A stretch of DNA of 64,000 nt from a virus. Where the stretch lies: the IMG/VR virus record IMGVR_UViG_3300029712_000001, one strand, 5' to 3'. The translations under genes were made by a program, and so were the position numbers. Shown piece after piece: positions 24,721 through 33,674 of this stretch (position 1 is the first letter of the stretch; each line of letters begins with the position of its first letter). Under the pieces are notes generated by a model. The model saw only the letters and a program-made list of their open reading frames with translations, made no database searches and was not told the DNA's origin.

Positions 24721-25178
24721 CCTATAAAACAAAATTGCTTATGAAAACATTAGAACAACTTAAAGAATTAACATCAAAATGTTTAGACGGTAGAGATTTT
24801 AATAGACTGGCTAAATTTGTTCCATATAGCATGATAAAGGATTTCGGTATGGAGCCGAATGAAGAATATGATAACGAGGAAAAGTGGAACAGTACTGTAG
24901 TTGAATTTACCAGAGAAAATGTCCTGAAACAGCTTGAAGAAGACGTGAGATTCGGTTTTGAAAAGGCATTAAATCAGAGAGGAATATCAGCCAGTTTGAT
25001 GTTTGAATGTGTGATGATGTGGAACTACATTCTGGAAGAAGGTCTTGAAGGCTGGGGTGAGGATGATTATGCATTTTATGGACTCCCTCTATTTAAAGCT
25101 ACGGCTGTAAAATATGGATGGGACAATCCGATAGGGGAAGACAGTGGGAGAGAAAGAAAATATGATTCACAATATTAA
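24711..25178 (+). CDS. Hypothetical protein (155 aa)
   Basis: ATG ORF overlapping the previous gene by 10 nt. Confidence 0.7.
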   Translation: MGLTYKTKLLMKTLEQLKELTSKCLDGRDFNRLAKFVPYSMIKDFGMEPNEEYDNEEKWNSTVVEFTRENVLKQLEEDVRFGFEKALNQRGISASLMFECVMMWNYILEEGLEGWGEDDYAFYGLPLFKATAVKYGWDNPIGEDSGRERKYDSQY

Positions 25179-25189
25179 ATCGGTATATT

Positions 25190-26044
25190 ATGAGCACAAG
25201 TAAAGAATACAAGGCAGTAAGGAACTGTATATTGAATGAACTTCACCTTACCAAAGAAGATATAATAAAAAACATAGAGCCATTATTGGAAAAACTCGTA
25301 AAACAGTGTATGCTTAATACATACGGAGGAAACAATCAGATAGAAAACTGGATCAGATGCATGGTGAATGATGAACTCAAACGAAGAGATCATGATTTTG
25401 TAAGAAAAGCGTGCGAGAGCGTCATCAGGGATCATGTATTAAATGAGTTGAATATAATCGTAAGATCCAAAAGTGAGAAATGTACATGTGAAAACAGAGT
25501 ACCATCCGAAGAGGATAAGAAAGAGTCAACTGACGGACTGTATATAATCTACAAAGACGGACATGCAGAGCCGTTTACCGGCGATAACTCCAAAGATTGT
25601 GTACGATACATTGGGTTGAAGCACAGATACATGTCATTTGCAATCTCACTGACGGAGCATGATATCATACAATTGCTTGACGATGATAGCCGTGAAGAAT
25701 CCGGAAGTGGGACATATTACGAACGTGAATGTGATGCGCTGTTTGACATTGACGGACGCGGCAATACGGAACGCCTTGTAACCAGAAATCCAAAATTGAG
25801 AAATCTGCTGGAAGATGGCGAGTATATACCATCTCTTGGTCAATTAAATTTAATGGCCCATTATATGAACGAACTAAACAAAGCATTCGCTTATGTTTCG
25901 GCATCTCCCCTCTCCTCGACGTGGTATTGGTCCAGTACTGAGAGCAGCCAGGCCGTCGCGTGGTACGTGGTCTTCTCCAATGGCCTCACGGGCACTGGCA
26001 ACAAGCACATCGGAGACATGGTTAGGGCGGTAATTGATTTTTAA
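25190..26044 (+). CDS. DUF1566 (Lcl C-terminal, C-type-lectin-like) domain protein, 284 aa
   Basis: C-terminus STWYWSSTESSQAVAWYVVFSNGLTGTGNKHIGDMVRAV fits the YWSST...AW..F..G......VR signature. Confidence 0.75.
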   Translation: MSTSKEYKAVRNCILNELHLTKEDIIKNIEPLLEKLVKQCMLNTYGGNNQIENWIRCMVNDELKRRDHDFVRKACESVIRDHVLNELNIIVRSKSEKCTCENRVPSEEDKKESTDGLYIIYKDGHAEPFTGDNSKDCVRYIGLKHRYMSFAISLTEHDIIQLLDDDSREESGSGTYYERECDALFDIDGRGNTERLVTRNPKLRNLLEDGEYIPSLGQLNLMAHYMNELNKAFAYVSASPLSSTWYWSSTESSQAVAWYVVFSNGLTGTGNKHIGDMVRAVIDF

Positions 26045-26056
26045 AAAGGATTACAT

Positions 26057-26863
26057 ATGATAACATCAGTAAAAATAAAAGACAATACAAAAACTCCATT
26101 TGAATATGTTTCGGACATAGAAGCGTTTGAAAATGGCAGAGAATTTATTTTCAAGCCAGGAGTGAATGTGATTATAGGTGAAAACGGTAGTGGAAAATCG
26201 ACCTTACTTAATATCATATCAATGTATGCGTTATGCGAGAAGTCTATGTGCTCTGAAATACCGATCGAGGCACTGGATTTTCCACCTATATTTGATGATG
26301 ATGACAAGGTTCTTGATGGGATTGACATATTATCCGATTATGCAGGAAAGGTATTCCGTTTATTGCCATCGGCGGAGATGAATCGAGATAGCGTATTGAA
26401 AAACATCAGCAACTTAGATTTGTATGTGAATAATATTCGAAGATCTTATGGAGAGAAAGTGGTGTTATCATTGGAATCACTTTTCAATTTAATGTTCGGT
26501 CAAAAGGATTATACATTTCCAATACAAAATCTTGTAGAATACAAGAAAAAATCAAATGCGTTTTGGATTAAAAGAATTGATAACCTGTTGAAGTATTATG
26601 AAAGAAACCGCATAACATTAACAGAAAGCAGTTTTGAATACACGGTTCTCATGGATGAGCCAGATAGGAATCTTGACATTGACAACATAATGCAAATTTA
26701 TAATGTATTGTCATTCCATAAACCACAAACACAAATTATAGCCATAGTACACAATCCGGCATTGATTTACAAGTTAAGCAAATTAGATTGTGTGAATTTC
26801 ATAGAGATGACAGAAGGATATCTAAAGGATGTTGTCAATTTCATAAGTGAAACAAATAAATGA
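26057..26863 (+). CDS. ABC-type / AAA_21-like P-loop ATPase (268 aa)
   Basis: Walker A GENGSGKST, Walker B VLMDEPDRNLD, and a following IAIVHN segment. Confidence 0.75.
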   Translation: MITSVKIKDNTKTPFEYVSDIEAFENGREFIFKPGVNVIIGENGSGKSTLLNIISMYALCEKSMCSEIPIEALDFPPIFDDDDKVLDGIDILSDYAGKVFRLLPSAEMNRDSVLKNISNLDLYVNNIRRSYGEKVVLSLESLFNLMFGQKDYTFPIQNLVEYKKKSNAFWIKRIDNLLKYYERNRITLTESSFEYTVLMDEPDRNLDIDNIMQIYNVLSFHKPQTQIIAIVHNPALIYKLSKLDCVNFIEMTEGYLKDVVNFISETNK

Positions 26864-26869
26864 AAGAGG

Positions 26870-27223
26870 ATGAGAAAAGAACTGAAAATAATAGGATCAA
26901 GAGAACGGCACGTATTTACAGCGACATTCATTCGTTTTGGATTCAGGGATGGGTATAAAGGACCTGTAAAGACAATACTTTTACAAGACGTGTTACTCGA
27001 TGGTAAAATAGTAACAGATCATTTGTGGTTTGATTTGACAAAAGGATTCGAAAGCGCCGATTTATTACCAGGCGATGTGGTTGAGTTTTGTGCAAGGGTT
27101 AGTATTTACGAGAAAGGATATAAAGGATATAGGAATGACGTATTCGATAGGCCGATAGAAAAGGATTATCGATTGTCAAGACCAACAAAGATTAAAAAGA
27201 TTGGGAAGAAATCAATAGATTGA
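26870..27223 (+). CDS. Hypothetical protein (117 aa)
   Basis: ATG ORF 6 nt after the ATPase gene. Possibly OB-like, not established. Confidence 0.65.
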   Translation: MRKELKIIGSRERHVFTATFIRFGFRDGYKGPVKTILLQDVLLDGKIVTDHLWFDLTKGFESADLLPGDVVEFCARVSIYEKGYKGYRNDVFDRPIEKDYRLSRPTKIKKIGKKSID

Positions 27224-27261
27224 CATACTACCGCGAACTTTAGGTGTGGGAGTATGTCGAA
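27220..27261. other. Hairpin whose two arms both match the IS right-end terminus
   Basis: TTGACATACTACC (27220-27232) and GGGAGTATGTCGAA (27248-27261). TGGGAGTATGTC (27247-27258) is identical to nt 481-492. Confidence 0.6.
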
Positions 27262-27293
27262 GAGATGACAGAAGGGCATCTTAGTAAAACTTG

Positions 27294-27301
27294 TATATTT
27301 G
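27294..27301 (+). promoter_or_regulatory. -7 box TATATTTG
   Basis: TAnnTTTG match 23 nt upstream of ATG 27324. Confidence 0.45.
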
Positions 27302-27323
27302 TGTCTAATTAATTAAAGGCGAG

Positions 27324-27638
27324 ATGAACTGGAAGAAATTCAAAGAGGAAAAACCTTCAGAGGGAGAAGAAGTGTTGGCTTATCACCCAAGTTGGATAGA
27401 TGAAGATTTCAACCCAAGAGGTATAAGAATAGGGTTTTGGAATGGAGGAGACGATTTTAAATCGGCTCATTGGTGGGATTATCAAGATTGTTATATCACA
27501 ATCTCTCATTGTGATTGTGATGATAATTCTCTTTTCAGTGATAGAATAAAAAACAGCATAGAGCCAGAGTTATGGATATCACTTGATGTTATTACAAATT
27601 GCTTACCTAACATAAAACAAAATCACTTATCACAATGA
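27324..27638 (+). CDS. DUF551-like protein (104 aa)
   Basis: The N-terminal W..F.EEKP...EEVL pattern is typical of DUF551 (from memory). Confidence 0.6.
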   Translation: MNWKKFKEEKPSEGEEVLAYHPSWIDEDFNPRGIRIGFWNGGDDFKSAHWWDYQDCYITISHCDCDDNSLFSDRIKNSIEPELWISLDVITNCLPNIKQNHLSQ

Positions 27639-28018
27639 GCTATTTTATATTAATGGGAAGAAGAATCCCCAAGCAAGCCATAACAGGCTTCAAATTTCAA
27701 AATGAAACAGATAACATTCGTCCTTTTTTGTCAATCAGGATAAGGGGAAAGGACGAAATTATACCTTTCAAAGATAAAAAGGAGATACAGTCTGTAAAAG
27801 CGCATCTGTGTTCTATCTTTTCTGGGTTTGTAAAAATAGGTGACTGGTATCTCAAGATGTCGGAAGTTAAGGAATATAGGCCGGTGACTGCCGAAGACAT
27901 GAACCCCTACATCTTATTCAAAACATCTAAGTTCGGAAACATAAAAGTTCGTTTCCCGAAAGATGAAGATATGGATGCCGAATTATTGGTGTTAGATCAA
28001 CTTTTTGATGTAGAATGA
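27635..28018 (+). CDS. Hypothetical protein (127 aa)
   Basis: ATGA overlap with the previous gene. Confidence 0.65.
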   Translation: MSYFILMGRRIPKQAITGFKFQNETDNIRPFLSIRIRGKDEIIPFKDKKEIQSVKAHLCSIFSGFVKIGDWYLKMSEVKEYRPVTAEDMNPYILFKTSKFGNIKVRFPKDEDMDAELLVLDQLFDVE

Positions 28019-28042
28019 ATTATTAATCATCTTTTAAAAATC

Positions 28043-28294
28043 ATGACCTGGAAAGAATTAAAAGACAAAATATCCCTTATGACAGAAGAAGAGCAACAGC
28101 AAGAAGTTGCAGTTTGGGGAGAAAATATGAATCTAATGAAAGATTGTTCCTTGGAGAAAACAGACGAGGATTTGTACTATAATACTGAATGGGATTATAC
28201 TTGTGAAGAGAGTGAATTGGAACCGGAAGACAAGAATGACCCTGATGTACATAAGGTATATGAAGCAGGAATGCATTATATTTATTCAAATTGA
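28043..28294 (+). CDS. Hypothetical acidic protein (83 aa)
   Basis: ATG ORF. Confidence 0.6.
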   Translation: MTWKELKDKISLMTEEEQQQEVAVWGENMNLMKDCSLEKTDEDLYYNTEWDYTCEESELEPEDKNDPDVHKVYEAGMHYIYSN

Positions 28295-28312
28295 TTTAAA
28301 AAAGATCTGATT

Positions 28313-29059
28313 ATGGCAGTATTAACAACACTAAATATAACGAAAAAGAACGCTAATAACAGTTTGTCTGTAACTGTTAAAGTGAATATCACCAAAGAAG
28401 GAGTGTTTACCACTACCTTGTCAAAAGAAGATGTGGATAAGATTCATTCTTATGGGATCAAATTACCTACAAACAGATTAGGTAACGAAGGATATTTCAA
28501 TAGCACATCATTTTCTGATCTGGTGAGTCAAATCAGGGACGTTCTGAAGAGATGTTTGAGTTATAAAATAGTAGAAGAAGTGCCTGTTATTAAGTATCAA
28601 CTGGAAACGAATTGCATGTTTTCATATGACAAAAACGGAAATATTGTCCCTAACCCCTCTAAGGAATGGACAGGAAATGATGAGAATGGAAAATGGAGGG
28701 ATGGAACTTCTCGTTTAGATGCCTTAAACACCCAACCTTTCGGTTTTAGTATTTATGCAAAACCATTTCTAAAAAGAGTAATTAAATATGGAGATGGAGA
28801 GACAAAAGTAGAATACGGCAGGTTAAATACGGAAAAAGGAACTTATGCGCACTGGCTGAATTGTGTAACGAGCATATCATACAATAGACATAAACCGGTA
28901 ATGGAAGTTGAATGCAACGAATGCACCTCAAAATTATTCGTTGATATGATCAAATCTATTTGTAAGATAAGTGAACAAATCAAGAGTTTTATCAATCCAG
29001 AACAAATAAAAGCAATTGCGGAGTCAAACGAATCGCTTTTATCTCTATCCAATAACTAA
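28313..29059 (+). CDS. Hypothetical protein (248 aa)
   Basis: ATG ORF. No motif recognised. Confidence 0.75.
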   Translation: MAVLTTLNITKKNANNSLSVTVKVNITKEGVFTTTLSKEDVDKIHSYGIKLPTNRLGNEGYFNSTSFSDLVSQIRDVLKRCLSYKIVEEVPVIKYQLETNCMFSYDKNGNIVPNPSKEWTGNDENGKWRDGTSRLDALNTQPFGFSIYAKPFLKRVIKYGDGETKVEYGRLNTEKGTYAHWLNCVTSISYNRHKPVMEVECNECTSKLFVDMIKSICKISEQIKSFINPEQIKAIAESNESLLSLSNN

Positions 29060-29083
29060 AGATATTAATTTAACAAAAGAAAA

Positions 29084-29410
29084 ATGGAAATAGATGATAT
29101 TGAAAAAGCAGCAAAGCATTATCAAGAAAAAGATCATGATATCTGGACAGATAAAGGCATGGCAACAGAATTACAAAAAGCCTTCAAAGCTGGTGCAAGC
29201 TGGCGCATAGGCAGCGTGTGGCACGATGCAAGAGAAAAGCCAGACAAAGGGAAGTTGCTCATCGCGGAGGATATTGACAGTGCTTATGATTTGGTCTATT
29301 CAACCAAGAGCAAGCCATGGGAAGAACTTTCGGAAGAGAATCATTATATGCGCTGGGCATGCATCGAAGACTTGCTCCCATGCAAAGAAGAAGGGGGGGG
29401 GGATGAATAA
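29084..29410 (+). CDS. Hypothetical protein (108 aa) ending in the G10 tract
   Basis: Ends ...PCKEEGGGDE, with the three Gly codons read from G10. Confidence 0.65.
   Translation: MEIDDIEKAAKHYQEKDHDIWTDKGMATELQKAFKAGASWRIGSVWHDAREKPDKGKLLIAEDIDSAYDLVYSTKSKPWEELSEENHYMRWACIEDLLPCKEEGGGDE
29393..29402 (+). repeat. Homopolymeric G10 tract at a gene junction
   Basis: Counted directly: 8 G at 29393-29400 plus 2 G at 29401-29402. ATG of the next gene is at 29403. Confidence 0.95.
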
Positions 29411-29660
29411 AAGATTAAGAAATGCCATAAAGAAAGCAGAAAACAAACAAAATGAAGCAGACATTGCACTGCAATCCATTTGTAAATATCTTGCTTTCTC
29501 AGGATTTAAAGATGATAATGAGCCTATTTTAAGCATGGCTTCAGGAAATGAAATCATACTTGAATGGAACTGTTCAGAAATGGATGCGAATGAGATTATA
29601 GACTGTATGGAATCAGCAGGATATATAACTCCCGATGATTTTATTGGAGTGTTAGATTAA
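29403..29660 (+). CDS. Hypothetical protein (85 aa)
   Basis: ATG immediately follows G10. A G9 tract would fuse it in frame to 29084..29410. Confidence 0.6.
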   Translation: MNKRLRNAIKKAENKQNEADIALQSICKYLAFSGFKDDNEPILSMASGNEIILEWNCSEMDANEIIDCMESAGYITPDDFIGVLD

Positions 29661-29671
29661 AGTATAAAATT

Positions 29672-29749
29672 ATGAAGAGAGAAAATATTGAAAAAGCTGC
29701 AAAGATTTATCAAGAAAAAGACATGATATCTGGGCAGGTAAAGGCTTAA
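29672..29749 (+). pseudogene. Degenerate duplicate of the 5' end of 29084..29410
   Basis: MKRENIEKAAKIYQEKD matches IEKAAKHYQEKD. A 1-nt deletion relative to copy 1 (aaagacatgat versus aaagatcatgat) causes an early stop. Confidence 0.6.
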
Positions 29750-29768
29750 GAAGAAAATTTGAAAGGTT

Positions 29769-29972
29769 ATGACTGACAGAGAACTTCTTGAAGAAAACAA
29801 TAAGATGTTAAAGGAAATTCTAAGTTTTGTGAGAAAAGTTGATTCTGCTGAATACAGGGATCATCAAGACTTTATGGAATTTCTTAGAAATGTGGCGGCC
29901 GATATATGGGTAGAATATACGGAGCCTGAACAAAGAAGTAAGTTGTTTAATTTAATAAATAAAGAAAAATGA
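29769..29972 (+). CDS. Hypothetical protein (67 aa)
   Basis: ATG ORF. ATGA overlap with the next gene. Confidence 0.6.
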   Translation: MTDRELLEENNKMLKEILSFVRKVDSAEYRDHQDFMEFLRNVAADIWVEYTEPEQRSKLFNLINKEK

Positions 29973-30637
29973 AAACAGTTTTTGATTTAAGCAGAGATGA
30001 GATTGTGGCATTGACAGACGAAGACATAAGTCTGTATATAGACAAAGAGCTTGCTAATAAAGGTATTCCAATTGAAGCTAAAAACTGGAATATAAAGAAC
30101 AAAAAAGAAGTCGTGTATCCAAGAACTGGAGTTCCGGTATTTATGTTAAAAGATATCGGCATCGGTTTTAGAACCATAGAAGGTGCAACTGAGGTGGCTA
30201 ATTTGCTTGTCAAGTATAATGCATTTAAAACAGAATCGAGATATCTGGCAGGATCGTATGAACAGTTTTGGATCATGAAGGAGGGTGTTTGCCCGGCTGT
30301 TAAAGGAGAAACAGGATATAGCAAGGAAGAGTTTGATAAGATAAATGAGAAAAATAAAAACCCTGAATTGACAAGTATAAATACCTTCAATGACACCGTG
30401 AAAAAAGCCAATGAAATTAAAGACAGGGTGTTGAAATGCGTGTACAACATAAAACAAGAGCGTTCATATAACAATGACCTGGTTGGTATCTTTGAAAGGT
30501 ATAAAGATATAGCAGACGGTGATATGGAGGTAGCTATGAATTTTATTAAGGAAGCCTATCCATTCAATGAAGAAACAGAGTCGTTTATCAGAAAAAAGTT
30601 TGACATGCCTATACCGGACGAATCAAAAGAGCAGTAA
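29969..30637 (+). CDS. Hypothetical protein (222 aa)
   Basis: ATG ORF. Confidence 0.75.
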   Translation: MKTVFDLSRDEIVALTDEDISLYIDKELANKGIPIEAKNWNIKNKKEVVYPRTGVPVFMLKDIGIGFRTIEGATEVANLLVKYNAFKTESRYLAGSYEQFWIMKEGVCPAVKGETGYSKEEFDKINEKNKNPELTSINTFNDTVKKANEIKDRVLKCVYNIKQERSYNNDLVGIFERYKDIADGDMEVAMNFIKEAYPFNEETESFIRKKFDMPIPDESKEQ

Positions 30638-30684
30638 TTAAGCTAAATTAAATCATTTTGAATCTTTTTTATTATCAAAAGACA

Positions 30685-30692
30685 TATCTTTG
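30685..30692 (+). promoter_or_regulatory. -7 box TATCTTTG
   Basis: TAnnTTTG match 20 nt upstream of ATG 30712. Confidence 0.5.
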
Positions 30693-30711
30693 CCCAAAAA
30701 AAACAAACATA

Positions 30712-30966
30712 ATGGAAGAAAAAGAGATAAAAGAAGCTATGATTGAAGCCCTGACGCACTTAGAGGGGTGTAAGTATTTCGTGGCTACGATAGTAAATGA
30801 AGAGGAAAGAAGATTTGATATGAGCCAACGAATGTCACAGCATCAATTGGCGTTAGTTATAAAAGGTATCTTATCTAATAATGAGATGATGATGATGGAC
30901 ATTTTGCAGTGGTGTTCTGAAAGATTTAAAAACAGTATAGAGAAAGGAAAGAAATCAACTAATTAA
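30712..30966 (+). CDS. Hypothetical protein (84 aa)
   Basis: First ATG of the listed 30658 ORF. The upstream part overlaps the promoter box. Confidence 0.65.
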   Translation: MEEKEIKEAMIEALTHLEGCKYFVATIVNEEERRFDMSQRMSQHQLALVIKGILSNNEMMMMDILQWCSERFKNSIEKGKKSTN

Positions 30967-30977
30967 ATATTAATACA

Positions 30978-31448
30978 ATGAATCGCTGGTTTGAAATTAC
31001 GGTAAAAGCCGAGATTGATAATATCGAGAACGGCAAAAAAAAGAAAGTAACTGAAAAGTATTTGGTGGATGCCTTGTCTTATACAGAGGCAGAATCAAGA
31101 TCGTTGGAGATCTTTAAGGATTTGTACAATTCTTTCGAGGTTGTAAAAATTAACCCTATTAAAGTGTCAGAAATCTTTTTCAACGGAGAAGCTGAGTACT
31201 GGTATAAGTGCAAGGTGAATTACATTACACTGAATGAAAAGAAAGGTAAAGAAAAGAAAACGCCATGCTATATGTATGTCCAAGCCGGCAATCCTAAAGA
31301 CGCCGAAGCTGTGTTGACTAAAGGTATGCAGGGTACGTTGGGAGACTGGAATTGCGAGTCTATTGCTGAAACAAAGATCATTGAAGTGTTTAAATACGAT
31401 CTGCAAAAAGGTGTAGAAAAATTGGGAGAAAAGAAAACTGATGAGTGA
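30978..31448 (+). CDS. Hypothetical protein (156 aa)
   Basis: ATG ORF. Resembles a Bacteroidota/phage DUF family from memory only. Confidence 0.7.
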   Translation: MNRWFEITVKAEIDNIENGKKKKVTEKYLVDALSYTEAESRSLEIFKDLYNSFEVVKINPIKVSEIFFNGEAEYWYKCKVNYITLNEKKGKEKKTPCYMYVQAGNPKDAEAVLTKGMQGTLGDWNCESIAETKIIEVFKYDLQKGVEKLGEKKTDE

Positions 31449-31671
31449 TGTTGTTTCCCGTGTAGCACTTGCGACGGCAATTGTATTATTGGTAGTAGCA
31501 GGTGCTACTTTGCTGATAGTGATTAAGACCGAAGAAGTACCGAGATGGTTAATGAACTTACCATATACGTTATCTTTAACGGCAGTATCCTTTTCAATTA
31601 TATCACTTGTATTGAAATATAGAGAGTGGAAAAGAAATTGTACGTCTGCGAAAGATGCGGACGAAAAGTGA
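31441..31671 (+). CDS. Small two-TM membrane protein (76 aa)
   Basis: Hydrophobic helices VALATAIVLLVVAGATLLIVI and LSLTAVSFSIISLVL. Confidence 0.6.
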   Translation: MSDVVSRVALATAIVLLVVAGATLLIVIKTEEVPRWLMNLPYTLSLTAVSFSIISLVLKYREWKRNCTSAKDADEK

Positions 31672-32144
31672 TGATAAGAAGTCATGGCTTATGCCAGGCT
31701 TGCAGGAGTAAAGAGTTGACTCCGAAGAAAAAAGACAGAATTACATCCATTAAAAACAGCAGCAAGAAGAAAAAGTTAGAGAACACGGATTTATCCGTGT
31801 TTTTTCGTCTTATGCTGGAAGAGTTAAATAATAGTCGGATGTCTATGACCGGTAAGGCTATTCATTTTCCTACAGTATGTAACGTCTGTCACATACTTCC
31901 GAAAAGGATATATAAGTCGGTTGCTACTTGCAGGGATAATATAGTTTTCCTTCATGAATCGGAGCATACGGTATTCGACATGTATCTTGACCGGATGGAA
32001 TTTGATAAACTTGAAACAGAATTTCCTTTTGTGTGGAAGTATGCGGTAAAGAAGGTACTGGATATGGAAAGCAGAGGAATGATCAAGGAAAGAGGTAGGT
32101 TGATTATTGAAATAATTGATAGGTATGATAGAAGAAAAGATTAA
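31626..32144 (+). CDS. Zinc-finger / HNH-like (NinG-like?) protein (172 aa)
   Basis: CERCG...CQAC at the N-terminus, and CNVCHILPK...HESEH. Confidence 0.55.
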   Translation: MEKKLYVCERCGRKVMIRSHGLCQACRSKELTPKKKDRITSIKNSSKKKKLENTDLSVFFRLMLEELNNSRMSMTGKAIHFPTVCNVCHILPKRIYKSVATCRDNIVFLHESEHTVFDMYLDRMEFDKLETEFPFVWKYAVKKVLDMESRGMIKERGRLIIEIIDRYDRRKD

Positions 32145-33444
32145 AATATTAATAGATTTAGGGTTTGTACCTATGGTGGAAGGAGAAGGAAATACGTTGT
32201 TTAGAATGAACGACGTTGTGATGTCGGTGTCAGATCCTAACCAAACACCAGAGCAGTTGAAGAAGGAGGTTATGTCTTTAATAAAGAACAGAGACCTAGC
32301 AGAAAGAGGCGGACAGGTTCCAGTAGTTGAAGAGCCGGCGCCTGAGCCAGAGCCGGTCCAGGGAGAGGAACCGGAAGCTCCGGCGGAGGAAGCCGCTCCT
32401 AACCCTGGAGAAGAAGATTCGAATCCGTTTACAGAAAATCAGGAAACATTAGAGCCGTTTTATATCTGTGATGAGTTAAAGAAGATTGAGACCCCCAAAT
32501 TCGTAAGATTGACATTAGACGATAATCGTTTTTATGTAAGAAAGATGGATGATGGGACGGCTAAGATATATGCTTCGGTAACAACCTTAATCAAAGATGG
32601 GTATGTGGACGATAAGACAGCACTTCAGGAATGGAAGCAAGAGATAAAGATGCTTGGTCGCAATCCAGAAGAGGTGGCGCAGTATGAAGCCGATAAGGGA
32701 ACGATCATGCACTACTTATACGGATTGTACCTAACAGGTAGAGATATGGTCTTAAATCGAAGCTTTGTGGTTAAGACAGTGCAAGAAGGCAAGCTGAAGA
32801 TATCTAAGAAAAATCTTGATCGGTTCTTTAATAGCATAGATGATCTTGACGATATGATTGTCAGGGTCATGAAGTTTGCCAAATTCTGTTCTGATTACAA
32901 GGTGAAACCGATGATGATAGAAAGAATCCTTTCTTTAGAGGATTACCTTGTAGCAACACCTATTGATGCGATGGTTAAAATGACATTCAAATACAAAGAA
33001 GAAGGTTATTTTGGAGCCGTGTATCAAAGGGCTACCGGACAGTTCAAAAAAGGTGATCCGAAGAAGGAAGTAAGAGAAGTGGAAAAAGAAAAAGTGGTCA
33101 TTCTTGACTTTAAATCGGGAGGAATATGGGAATCATATGCATTCCAATTGGAAGCTGAAAGAAGAATGGTTAAAGCATGGTATGGCATTGATGCACGTAT
33201 TATGAACTTTTCTCCAAAAAGCACGAGCAGTAAAGGATATACGCTGAAAGAATGGACAGAAGACAGTGTAGCACTTGAAAAGGCGGACTGTGTGTTCCAA
33301 CAAGGTATGTTGAATCACCTTAGAAAAGATAAGAAGTTTAAAGTGAGAAAAGGAGTGCTGAATATCAATAAGCCGTACAATGAAGAGGATCATATTGTCG
33401 TATATGATATTGCTGAGGAAATGTCTAAAAGATTCGTAATATGA
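32125..33444 (+). CDS. PD-(D/E)XK nuclease-like protein with acidic Pro/Glu-rich linker (about 439 aa)
   Basis: GTIMHYLYG, PIDAMV, VILDFKSG and YAFQLEAE occur in the order expected for RecB/YqaJ-type nucleases. Confidence 0.55.
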   Translation: MIEEKIKILIDLGFVPMVEGEGNTLFRMNDVVMSVSDPNQTPEQLKKEVMSLIKNRDLAERGGQVPVVEEPAPEPEPVQGEEPEAPAEEAAPNPGEEDSNPFTENQETLEPFYICDELKKIETPKFVRLTLDDNRFYVRKMDDGTAKIYASVTTLIKDGYVDDKTALQEWKQEIKMLGRNPEEVAQYEADKGTIMHYLYGLYLTGRDMVLNRSFVVKTVQEGKLKISKKNLDRFFNSIDDLDDMIVRVMKFAKFCSDYKVKPMMIERILSLEDYLVATPIDAMVKMTFKYKEEGYFGAVYQRATGQFKKGDPKKEVREVEKEKVVILDFKSGGIWESYAFQLEAERRMVKAWYGIDARIMNFSPKSTSSKGYTLKEWTEDSVALEKADCVFQQGMLNHLRKDKKFKVRKGVLNINKPYNEEDHIVVYDIAEEMSKRFVI

Positions 33445-33674
33445 GTGATATTGTTATTCCTAAAGGAGATTATGTGGAAATCGTAAAACCGATATGTATC
33501 AATCCTTTTGGTAATTGTTTTATTAACATCAAAAGGGGTTCAAGATTAAGATTATCGAAAGATTTGAAAATAGGGGATAAGTATGCAATATGCATACTCA
33601 CATCTTACGAGAAATATGGCAAGACTGTTAATGTGACAATGCCTATACTGGTTAGAAACACAAGAATAGTATGA
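33441..33674 (+). CDS. Hypothetical protein (77 aa)
   Basis: ATGA overlaps on both sides. Confidence 0.6.
   Translation: MSDIVIPKGDYVEIVKPICINPFGNCFINIKRGSRLRLSKDLKIGDKYAICILTSYEKYGKTVNVTMPILVRNTRIV

Noticed and set aside
29947-31685. Minus-strand ORFs of 172-175 aa (29947..30474, 31167..31685)
   Set aside because: They are antisense to a continuous chain of plus-strand genes with overlapping stops and starts. Their composition is hydrophobic, low-complexity and AT-driven.
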